Positions 8,387 to 16,205 of a stretch of DNA of 64,000 bases are shown in pieces. Every line of letters starts with the position of its first letter. Within the stretch, counting starts at the first letter, position 1. The notes under the pieces are model-generated. The model worked only from the letters and a program-made list of their open reading frames with translations, did not search any database and was not told where the DNA came from. Origin of the DNA: Candidatus Saccharimonadota bacterium (lineage in GTDB: Bacteria; Patescibacteriota; Saccharimonadia; Saccharimonadales; SZUA-47). Where the stretch lies: NCBI GenBank assembly GCA_016700315.1, contig CP065013.1, forward strand, positions 257,449 to 321,448, read 5' to 3'. Made by a program: the position numbers and the translations under genes.

Positions 8387-9607
8387 CTACCTCAAAGCAC
8401 CACTGCCCACAAGCCCATAAATTGGCAGTAGAATCGCACCCACAATAACCAGCGATACAATTCCTAGAACTATCATCAAAACTGGCTCAATAACGGTCGA
8501 GATCGCTTTGACCTCATTATCAACTTCTTTTTCATAGTAAACAGCCGTGCGATCCAGCATCTGCTCTAAAGATCCGGAATCTTCACCAATTTTTATCATC
8601 TGCGGCACCAAATCCAAAAAGTAAGGGTCGCCACCTATAGACTCCGATAACGACTTGCCGCCTTTAACCTTTTCGGCTGCTTTGACCACTGATTCTTCTA
8701 TCAAAACATTGTCGATCGCCCTAGAAGTAACCTGCATTGTCTGGAGTAACGGCACACCGCTAGCAACAAGAGTAGTGCCGGTTCGAGTGAACCGCGCCAT
8801 GTAAAGCTTCTTAAACAAGCCACTTATCGGCCACATATTTAGCTTGGCTGTATCTATCGCCCGCTTTCCGCCCATAGTTCTGGCCCATCTTGTTGTAAAA
8901 AACGCAGCGATAGCTACTAGAATCAACACTAACCACCAAAATCTAATCGTAAAGTCTGAGATCGCAAGCAGCAACCTAGTCACGAAAGGTAAATTTGTAC
9001 CAGGAAGACCCTTATACAGCTCCTTTACTTGGGGCAACACGGCCACAACCATGAAACCAACCACTCCGCCCATCACCAACAACACAATCACCGGATAAAT
9101 CAGCGCCCCTCGCACTTTACTGGCCAGCTCAGCATCTTTTTCTTGCTGATTAGCTAGCCTCTCCAAAGCTTTGTCGAGTGTACCCGAAGTCTCACCAGCT
9201 GCAACCAGACTAGTATAGACCTGATTAAAAATGCTAGGGTGTTTTTCCAGTGAGACAGATAGCGCCTTACCGCCTTCGACATCGTTAATTACTTGTCCAA
9301 TAACAGCAGACAGTTTCTTGTTCTTAGTCTGAGACATAACTGTTCGTAAGCTCTGTACTAGAGGTAAACCAGCATTGATAAGCGTAGAAAGCTGGCGCGA
9401 AAAGATAACTTTATCTTTGGCTTTCACTCTATTTAAAAGCCGATCAACAATATTCGCATCACCTGCACCTTTTGGCGTCAGCTCTAGTACTGTCAGCCCC
9501 TGGGCCCGCACCATTTTTGTCGCAGAGTTTTCATTTTCAGCCTCAACACTGCCTTTAACTGCCTTGCCGCTAACCGCATCCTTCGCTGTATATCTATAAG
9601 TTACCAC
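8387..9607 (-). CDS. pilC: Type IV pilus platform protein (GspF/PilC family)
   Basis: Two GspF-type repeats, three TM segments, and position between pilT and the pilins. Confidence 0.9.
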   Translation of the reverse strand: MVTYRYTAKDAVSGKAVKGSVEAENENSATKMVRAQGLTVLELTPKGAGDANIVDRLLNRVKAKDKVIFSRQLSTLINAGLPLVQSLRTVMSQTKNKKLSAVIGQVINDVEGGKALSVSLEKHPSIFNQVYTSLVAAGETSGTLDKALERLANQQEKDAELASKVRGALIYPVIVLLVMGGVVGFMVVAVLPQVKELYKGLPGTNLPFVTRLLLAISDFTIRFWWLVLILVAIAAFFTTRWARTMGGKRAIDTAKLNMWPISGLFKKLYMARFTRTGTTLVASGVPLLQTMQVTSRAIDNVLIEESVVKAAEKVKGGKSLSESIGGDPYFLDLVPQMIKIGEDSGSLEQMLDRTAVYYEKEVDNEVKAISTVIEPVLMIVLGIVSLVIVGAILLPIYGLVGSGALR

Positions 9608-9652
9608 CGCTGGCCTCCTATGAAGTTATTTATTAGCAGCCTAACCATCACC

Positions 9653-10720
9653 TTAACCCCGCATCAGGCGGTCTAACTCCTCGATATCTACTGCGAAGTT
9701 CTTGGCCTCATCGTAACTTATTGTGCCTTCATGGATTAACTGAACCAAAGTCTTGTCCATGCTCTGCATACCGTACTCTGCACCTGTTTGAATAACAGCA
9801 TCAAGCTGGTGAGTTTTCCCTTCTCGGATAATGTTTCGCACCGCTGGTGTAGCTACCAAGATTTCGGCTGCAACCGTGCGTCCGCCTCCAATTGTTGGCA
9901 CCAAACGCTGTGAACATATACCCATAAGTATGTTGGAAAGCTGAGCCCTAATCTGTGGCTGCTGGTGTGGCGGAAAAACGTCAATCATACGGTCAATACT
10001 TTGCGCAGCTGAGTTGGTGTGCAGTGTCGCAAAAACCAAGTGACCAGTTTCGGCGATCGTAATTGCGCTTGCGATAGTTTCTAGATCACGCATCTCACCA
10101 ATCAATACTACGTCTGGGTCCTGCCTGAGAGCACTTCTAAGAGCAGTTGAGAAAGAATAAGTATCATAATGAACCTCTCGCTGCACCACTACCGATCGTT
10201 TGCTTCTGTGCGTAAACTCAATTGGATCTTCGATTGTAATAATATGTGTAGCTTTTTCGCTGTTAATTTTATCAACCACGGCCGCTAGGCTAGTCGATTT
10301 ACCTGACCCGGTCGGCCCCGTTACAAGCACCAAACCTCGGGGGTAGTCAGCAAATTTATTCATGATTGCTGGCAAGCCAAGTTGTTCAACAGTCAAAATC
10401 TCGTTGGGTATCAAACGCAGTGCTGCCGCCAAGTTCCCTCGCTCGTGAAAAGCGTTTACTCGAAACCGCCCCAAGTCGCCAAAGGCAAATGAGAAGTCAA
10501 ATTCCTTATCTTTTAGCAGCAATTGCTTCTGGTCTTCGTCCAAAATAGCGAACACCAAAGCCTCAACTGCCTCCTCGTTCAAAACTTCCGCTCCCGCAAC
10601 AGGCTTAAGCGCCCCATCAACCCTTATCATCGGCGGCAAACCGACCTGAAGGTGAAGGTCGCTACCCTTCTTCTTGATGACTTCTTCTAGTAGTATCTCG
10701 ATTCGTGGTTGTCCTTGCAT
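9653..10720 (-). CDS. pilT: Twitching-motility retraction ATPase PilT
   Basis: Walker A GPTGSGKSTSLAAV, Asp box, and the His box / AHLVFATLHTNSAAQSIDRMIDVFP region typical of PilT. Length 355 aa. Confidence 0.92.
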   Translation of the reverse strand: MQGQPRIEILLEEVIKKKGSDLHLQVGLPPMIRVDGALKPVAGAEVLNEEAVEALVFAILDEDQKQLLLKDKEFDFSFAFGDLGRFRVNAFHERGNLAAALRLIPNEILTVEQLGLPAIMNKFADYPRGLVLVTGPTGSGKSTSLAAVVDKINSEKATHIITIEDPIEFTHRSKRSVVVQREVHYDTYSFSTALRSALRQDPDVVLIGEMRDLETIASAITIAETGHLVFATLHTNSAAQSIDRMIDVFPPHQQPQIRAQLSNILMGICSQRLVPTIGGGRTVAAEILVATPAVRNIIREGKTHQLDAVIQTGAEYGMQSMDKTLVQLIHEGTISYDEAKNFAVDIEELDRLMRG

Positions 10721-10808
10721 CAGAATTCCCCCCTGATCTCATACTGTTTGGAACAGCCGTATAGAGCCCTGTGCCCTGAGCCCTGAGATATTCTTACTAA
10801 CCCCACCT

Positions 10809-10836
10809 GTCTCTTGTCTCTTGTCTCTTGTCTCTT
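10809..10836. repeat. Perfect heptamer array (GTCTCTT)x4; a second array GAGCCCT GTGCCCT GAGCCCT GAGATAT lies at 10764-10791
   Basis: Read directly in the pilB-pilT spacer. Confidence 0.95.
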
Positions 10837-10849
10837 CATATCCCCCCTT

Positions 10850-12619
10850 TTATGCGTCCTCAGCCGCTACGCGGTTTACTTCACTGATACTAGTCATGCC
10901 TGCCAGCGCCTTAAGGTACCCATCCTGACGCATAGTAATCATGCCCTCTGCTTGCGCTTGTTTTTGGATATCGGTACTTGTAGCTCGCTCTAGGATAAGG
11001 TGCTGGATAGCTTCACTGATTTCAAAAACTTCGTAAAGTCCCATCCTCCCCTTAAATCCGTTTGGACTGTTTGGTTCGGGCTTACCCTTAAATAAAGTAT
11101 AAGCGGAATCGGTACTCAGGGGCAAGCTCTTATAGCCCAAATCATCGCAGAACTTAGCCAAATCTTCCTTTGTCGGCGGCAATAAACCTTTTAGGGTGTT
11201 TTGTATAACTGTTGTTTCGGTCTCATTTGTCTGGTACTGTTCGCCGCCCGGCACAATCTTTCGGACTAAGCGCTGACCAATAACAGTATGAACTGTGCTG
11301 GCTATCAAAAAAGGCTCGATTCCCATGTCTAGAAGTCGTGGCAAAATTCCAGAAGCTGAGTTTGTATGAAGCGTGCTAAAAACCAAATGGCCTGTTAGCG
11401 CTGCCTGGACAGCCAGCTGAGCCGTTTCTTTATCGCGAATCTCACCAACCATTACTACATCTGGGTCTTGGCGGAGTATCGAACGCAGACCATTCGCAAA
11501 CGTCAAACCAACTTCGGCGTTAACCTGTATCTGGTTAATCCCGCTCATCTTATACTCAACAGGGTCTTCGAGTGTTACGATATTGATCTCTTCGCTCTTA
11601 ATTTCTTGTAGCAGAGCATAAAGAGACGTTGATTTACCCGAACCTGTTGGGCCGCTAGTCAGGATCATGCCATTGGGTCGCTCAAGTCCCTTCCGAATTT
11701 CCCTAAGAGCTCGGCCGTGATAGCCCATTTCTTCCAGCTTCAAGGTAGTACCCGATTTATCCAGAAGCCTAATCACCACTTGTTCTCCCCAGACAACTGG
11801 GCTGATTGCTATACGTAGATCAACAGATTTTCCACCAATATTAACGCTAAAGTTTCCGTCCTGCGGGATTCGATGTTCGTCGATCTTTAGGTTAGATGAT
11901 ATTTTTACTCTCGAGACTAGAGGCGCCTCAATCGATTTTGGTAACTGCATTATCTCGCGCAGCACCCCGTCAACACGGCAACGAATCTTTAAGACTTTTT
12001 CTAGTGGCTCTATATGAATATCGCTTGCTTTATTTTTAATCGCAAATTCCAAGATCGCATTTAAGGCTTTAGTTATCGGCGAGTCATTAACCGTATTTTG
12101 AACATCTTTTTTATCCTGAGTAACTTCATCTATGCCTAGCTGTTCGGCCAAAACACCAGTTACGTCTTGGCTAACGTCTTGGTCGTATTGTTGTAATACC
12201 TGATGAATACCTTCTTCACTGGCAGCATAAACCTTCAGCGGCCGACCAATTTTGTTACTCAAAAAGTCGGTCGCTTGAACATTATCGGGATCAAGCATGC
12301 CAATGATAATGCGATTACCGCTCTCGCCAAGAGGCACGGCCATGTAGCGCTGTGCAAGGTCTTGCGGCACTAACTGCAAAATGTCTGGATCAACTTTAGC
12401 GTTACTAAGATCGACGTAGGGCGTGTTACTGGCCCTGGCAATTAACTTAGTCAGATGTTCATTCGTAATAATCTTTTCAGCAATTAAGAGCCCAAAAAAC
12501 GGCATTTTTCTGTCTTCAGCTAGAGCATGAAGGCTCTGTAGCTTTTCGGCCGTAACTTCACCGCCTTCAACAAGACTTTCTTCTACCCTTTTCTGTATTT
12601 CAGCCGAGATCATACTCAT
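10850..12619 (-). CDS. pilB: Type IV pilus assembly ATPase (GspE/PilB family)
   Basis: N-terminal T2SSE_N-like domain, Walker A GPTGSGKSTSLYALL, and GHLVFSTLHTNSASG. Confidence 0.92.
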   Translation of the reverse strand: MSMISAEIQKRVEESLVEGGEVTAEKLQSLHALAEDRKMPFFGLLIAEKIITNEHLTKLIARASNTPYVDLSNAKVDPDILQLVPQDLAQRYMAVPLGESGNRIIIGMLDPDNVQATDFLSNKIGRPLKVYAASEEGIHQVLQQYDQDVSQDVTGVLAEQLGIDEVTQDKKDVQNTVNDSPITKALNAILEFAIKNKASDIHIEPLEKVLKIRCRVDGVLREIMQLPKSIEAPLVSRVKISSNLKIDEHRIPQDGNFSVNIGGKSVDLRIAISPVVWGEQVVIRLLDKSGTTLKLEEMGYHGRALREIRKGLERPNGMILTSGPTGSGKSTSLYALLQEIKSEEINIVTLEDPVEYKMSGINQIQVNAEVGLTFANGLRSILRQDPDVVMVGEIRDKETAQLAVQAALTGHLVFSTLHTNSASGILPRLLDMGIEPFLIASTVHTVIGQRLVRKIVPGGEQYQTNETETTVIQNTLKGLLPPTKEDLAKFCDDLGYKSLPLSTDSAYTLFKGKPEPNSPNGFKGRMGLYEVFEISEAIQHLILERATSTDIQKQAQAEGMITMRQDGYLKALAGMTSISEVNRVAAEDA

Positions 12620-12660
12620 ATTTTTGGTCTAAGCTCCTATTGGCTTTCCCTAAAGTCGGC

Positions 12661-12912
12661 TTACTGGCTAGCTTGGAAGGGTTTTGTATTATTACTTTCA
12701 CCAATTTTAATTAATTGTGTTGGATTAACTGCCTGATCGTTAAAGATACTACCGCTGACAGGTCGTTTAAACTCAGCGCTAATCACTGGTACAACCTCGA
12801 CTTTTACTTGTTTATCGGCGGGATTTCCGATTAGTAGTTTCGCCAGGAAAAACGCAGCAAAAGCACTTATCAGAGTTACGACTATAATTGTATTTCTATC
12901 CTTAGGCTTCAT
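12661..12912 (-). CDS. Small single-pass membrane protein of the pilus locus (unknown)
   Basis: One N-terminal TM helix (IIVVTLISAFAAFFLAKLLI). Lies between pilO-like and pilB. Confidence 0.5.
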   Translation of the reverse strand: MKPKDRNTIIVVTLISAFAAFFLAKLLIGNPADKQVKVEVVPVISAEFKRPVSGSIFNDQAVNPTQLIKIGESNNTKPFQASQ

Positions 12913-13013
12913 TTATCCCCTCCCCGTAGTACTAGAACTAGCTACTTTGCAACACCCAATCAAATGCCCTGCCTCAAAGGCCGCCAAGTACTGCGTACCG
13001 TGTACTGCGTACA

Positions 13014-13709
13014 TCACTTCACCACCTTAGTAGTTACGTCAAACCTAGCCTCAGGCTGGTAGTAAGTAGTTAGATCTGTATTAAGCGTCATTGAGCTATC
13101 AGAGCCAGAAAGACGCAAATTATTTACATAGAGCGGCCTGATTGATGATTCCAAAGTTTTTATAAATGCTTGGATTTTAGTGTAATCACCTGTTACCGAC
13201 AGGGGAACTTTTAGCTCTACCGGCGTTGCGCTGGCCAGTGCTGGCTGGGCTGCATTGCTTGCCGAGGAGGTAGAATTATCAGTCCCGCCCAACGCCGAAA
13301 TAGTTACTCCGCCTTGGCTCTGTACCAGTTTCTCGATGCTAGTCACAAAAGCCGGAAAATCGTATTGGCTTGGCAGCGCATCCAGCACAATTCTGCTGTT
13401 GTCGCCATCACGGGTAGCGCTACCACTTTTGCTCCCACCAAGGATATTGACATCTTCATTTGCAAACGAACCGTAGGAGCTAACCAAAGTGTCGATATTA
13501 GCCTTGTTAGTTTTCAAAGTTTTCAAGGCAGCTCGCTTTTCATTCATTACTCTTCCGTTAAATAGTGCCTGCCTCACCAGAGAACTGACGCCAAACAAGG
13601 CAAAAATAAGTGAAGCTACAGCTATCGAAGTCATTATTACGATCTTCTGATTAGCCTTATCTATCAAGGAATATTTAATGGAAAACCCTTTTTTTGAATC
13701 TCCGCCCAT
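13014..13709 (-). CDS. PilO-like pilus alignment protein (start moved to internal ATG)
   Basis: ATG at 13707-13709 lies one base after the pilN stop. Single TM then a periplasmic-type domain. Assignment rests on position after pilM-pilN. Confidence 0.55.
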   Translation of the reverse strand: MGGDSKKGFSIKYSLIDKANQKIVIMTSIAVASLIFALFGVSSLVRQALFNGRVMNEKRAALKTLKTNKANIDTLVSSYGSFANEDVNILGGSKSGSATRDGDNSRIVLDALPSQYDFPAFVTSIEKLVQSQGGVTISALGGTDNSTSSASNAAQPALASATPVELKVPLSVTGDYTKIQAFIKTLESSIRPLYVNNLRLSGSDSSMTLNTDLTTYYQPEARFDVTTKVVK

Positions 13710-13710
13710 A

Positions 13711-14376
13711 CTACTGACCCTCACTTTTGTTCTCAAATAACTGAGCCGGTTTCTCTGTCTCCGAACGAGTACTAACAATATCTGGTACCGTCAAAACTGG
13801 CTGTTTTGTAGCATCGCTCAGAACTGGTTCGTATTTTGCGCTGATCGAGAAACTGCTACTAATTCCGCCGCGTGTCAAAGTCGTAGATACCTGGCTAAAA
13901 GCCTTTGTTTCGCTGTTATCGCCGTCACTAACTTTTGCGAACTTCAGAGTATCGCTAAACCTGTTCACCACTTCCAGCGAAGGAGCAGTACCGGTAAAAG
14001 TCACGGTGTGATCAACAGCATTAAGCTCAAAACTAGCAAGCTTGACATCAGCTGGTGTTAGTTTATTTATGTATTCAAAGAACCTTGAAGAGATAGGCTT
14101 TTTGTCATGCAAGCCTGGCAATGCATTGAGTTGATTCTGGATCGTCAAGATCTTATCAAGGTCAGGGGTAGCCTGAATACTACTTTTTACACTTTTTATG
14201 TCGTTAGTCAGGTTGGCAGTCAGCTTATTTTGTCCCAGCACGAACATCAAAGCTAGTAGTGTAGCTCCGGCAGAGCCTAATATAACTAAAGTGCTAATAG
14301 TCATAATTCGGCGCTTCAACTGCCGTGCTTTGACGTACTTCAGCTTTACATCTGGCAGCAAGTTAAATTGAATCAT
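13711..14376 (-). CDS. pilN: PilN (fimbrial assembly) protein
   Basis: MIQFNLLPDVKLKYVK N-terminus (the PilM-binding NLLP motif) followed by one TM helix. Confidence 0.8.
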   Translation of the reverse strand: MIQFNLLPDVKLKYVKARQLKRRIMTISTLVILGSAGATLLALMFVLGQNKLTANLTNDIKSVKSSIQATPDLDKILTIQNQLNALPGLHDKKPISSRFFEYINKLTPADVKLASFELNAVDHTVTFTGTAPSLEVVNRFSDTLKFAKVSDGDNSETKAFSQVSTTLTRGGISSSFSISAKYEPVLSDATKQPVLTVPDIVSTRSETEKPAQLFENKSEGQ

Positions 14377-14427
14377 ACTTGAACTCCTAAGCGTATAGTC
14401 CCTAGTCCATAGTACATAGTCTTTGGC

Positions 14428-14600
14428 ATGAAAAGACTAACAGTTGAGTGCTCAGTGAGTTTTCTTGCTGAGTAGCGCAACGAGGCGTACATTTCGTACG
14501 ACGATCGAGCAACGGAAGCAAAAAACTCGCTGAGTGCCAACAGCAAATCAAAAAGCACAGCTTTGCTGGGGTTTTGGGTTTGTGATGTTAGTCTTTTCAT
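14428..14600. mobile_element. MITE-like insert between pilM and pilN bounded by 15-bp perfect inverted repeats ATGAAAAGACTAACA / TGTTAGTCTTTTCAT
   Basis: IRs read at 14428-14442 and 14586-14600. A second imperfect inner IR pairs GTTGAGTGCTCAGTGAGTTTT with AAAAACTCGCTGAGTGCCAAC. A heptamer array TAGTCCC TAGTCCA TAGTACA TAGTCTT abuts at 14394-14423. Confidence 0.6.
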
Positions 14601-15655
14601 TCGTCCCTCTCTGCTAAGCCAGCCGCAACCGAGAACTGATGCGAAACTGTCATCAATTCGTTTTGTCTCTCTTGTCCAAACAAGATATTGCGCCAGGCGT
14701 TCCCGATCTCAACCGTTACAGCAAACTTGTTGGCAATATTAAGAGGTAATTCCGGTAATGTCGAAGCCGCTCCCGTCACTATAATCCGTTCCAGTTTTGC
14801 ATCGCCATAACGAGCACTAAAGAACTTAATCGACTTCTCGATCTCACTCATCAAAATTTCGACAGAACTAGCAATAGCGTTGTGAATCTGTCCTTCTAGC
14901 TTATCTTTGCTCATTCCAAACTTATAGACGAATTGCTCAGCCTGTTTTTCGTCGATCCCTAGGTTTTGCATAGCCGCTTTTACTATCCCTGTGCTACCAA
15001 TAGGTATCGTACGCATCAGTCTCGGTACTCCGCCCAGCACAACTATAAGATCACTCGAAACATCGCCCATGTCTACCATTAGCGCCGCACCCATGGCTGT
15101 CGGGTCTAACAATGCTCTGCTAATCGCCAAGCTATCTGGCTCAAAAGCAATTACGTTCAGCCCGATCGACTCGAGCATATCCAGGCGCTTCTCTACAAAA
15201 TCATTAGCCACACTCGAAATAAGCACCTCTACCTTGCTGGCCTCTTTGGGCGAATCACCCAGTAGCGCCCAATCAATCTTGCTCTCGCTAAGAGGTGTTG
15301 GGATCAGTGAATCAGCTTGGTATTTAATAGTTTTCGCTAAATCTTCAGGGCTCAATCTGTCGATGTCGACGACCGCCGAAAAAACTTTATTGCTTGGGAT
15401 ACCAACGGCCACGTTGTTAGCACTAATCCCTACTTCGCTAATCAGCTCTCTAACAGCCATTGCCACTTTTTGCTGATCAGCTGCCGCATCGCTTTGGCTA
15501 ATCTTAGAATCTATCGCTTTAGCCCCATATTTAAACAAGGTTCTTTGTGCGCCACCCCGAAGCTGCACAACTCGAATAGAGCTAGTGCCTATATCAAGCC
15601 CAAAGAAATCACTTTGCCCACTCAAGATACCCATATTGCTTATATTGTAAAGCAT
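14597..15655 (-). CDS. pilM: PilM, actin-like pilus assembly ATPase
   Basis: FFGLDIGTSSIRVVQL phosphate-1 motif, actin/FtsA-like fold length, and position upstream of pilN. Confidence 0.88.
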   Translation of the reverse strand: MLYNISNMGILSGQSDFFGLDIGTSSIRVVQLRGGAQRTLFKYGAKAIDSKISQSDAAADQQKVAMAVRELISEVGISANNVAVGIPSNKVFSAVVDIDRLSPEDLAKTIKYQADSLIPTPLSESKIDWALLGDSPKEASKVEVLISSVANDFVEKRLDMLESIGLNVIAFEPDSLAISRALLDPTAMGAALMVDMGDVSSDLIVVLGGVPRLMRTIPIGSTGIVKAAMQNLGIDEKQAEQFVYKFGMSKDKLEGQIHNAIASSVEILMSEIEKSIKFFSARYGDAKLERIIVTGAASTLPELPLNIANKFAVTVEIGNAWRNILFGQERQNELMTVSHQFSVAAGLAERDE

Positions 15656-15683
15656 AAGCTATTTCATGCAAAGCCTGAAATTA

Positions 15684-16162
15684 GCTAGTCCCTAGACCCT
15701 TGTCGGTTGTCCCTAGTTATCAAGCTAGACTTTTAGAAAGCTTAGTCAGCATTTTTTGTATAATCTCTAGTTCTTCAATTATTGCGGCTATTCCAATTTT
15801 ATAAATGTCTTCAACCATTATTAGTTGGGTCTCTAGTTCTGCGGCAGAGCCCGATGCTATTCGCAAGAAATGTTTAAACTCTTTGTCATTCCTCCTCCTA
15901 TAGCCCTCTGCAATATTTGAAGGTATGCTCACGCTCGATCTCTTCATCTGAGAAGATAGTGCAAAGTCTTCTGTCTTTAGCAATTTTCTACATACTAAGT
16001 ACACTTCCTTGACTAGCGATCGTGATCTTTGCCACACTTTAAGATCATTAAAGTTTTTATCCATAAACCAAATATAGATTACAAAGTAGGGATAAACAAA
16101 AGCGCTACGCGCTATCCCGTCATAAACGGCTACGGACTAGGGACTACTAGCTAGGGTCTAGC
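15684..16162. mobile_element. Four-helix-bundle gene cassette bracketed by inverted heptamer arrays
   Basis: Left array GCTAGTCCCTAGACCCTTGTCGGTTGTCCCTAGTTA (15684-15719). Right array GGCTACGGACTAGGGACTACTAGCTAGGGTCTAGCC (16128-16162). They share reverse-complementary TAGTCCCTAG / CTAGACCC words. Confidence 0.65.
15720..16064 (-). CDS. Four-helix-bundle protein (TIGR02436 / '23S rRNA intervening-sequence protein' family)
   Basis: LKVWQRSRSLVKEVY...SQMKRSSVSIPSNIAEGY.R....F..FLRIASGSAAELETQL is the family signature. Confidence 0.88.
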   Translation of the reverse strand: MDKNFNDLKVWQRSRSLVKEVYLVCRKLLKTEDFALSSQMKRSSVSIPSNIAEGYRRRNDKEFKHFLRIASGSAAELETQLIMVEDIYKIGIAAIIEELEIIQKMLTKLSKSLA

Positions 16163-16205
16163 CACCAAGCTTTTAAATCGGATCGACCGATTAAAAGCTT
16201 GGTGG
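16162..16205 (-). terminator. ~20-bp stem-loop whose one arm is the last codons plus stop of the 838-aa gene (3' stabiliser / terminator candidate, no U tract)
   Basis: CCACCAAGCTTTTAAATCGG-ATC-GACCGATTAAAAGCTTGGTGG. The arms are complementary apart from one bulged A. The right arm encodes ...PPSF-stop. Confidence 0.5.

Noticed and set aside
14373-14600. 75-aa ORF between pilM and pilN
   Set aside because: It reads through the inverted-repeat element and a heptamer array. Its start codon is part of a 15-bp terminal inverted repeat whose mate also reads ATGAAAAGACTAACA on the other strand. There is no Shine-Dalgarno sequence and the composition is unlike neighbouring genes.
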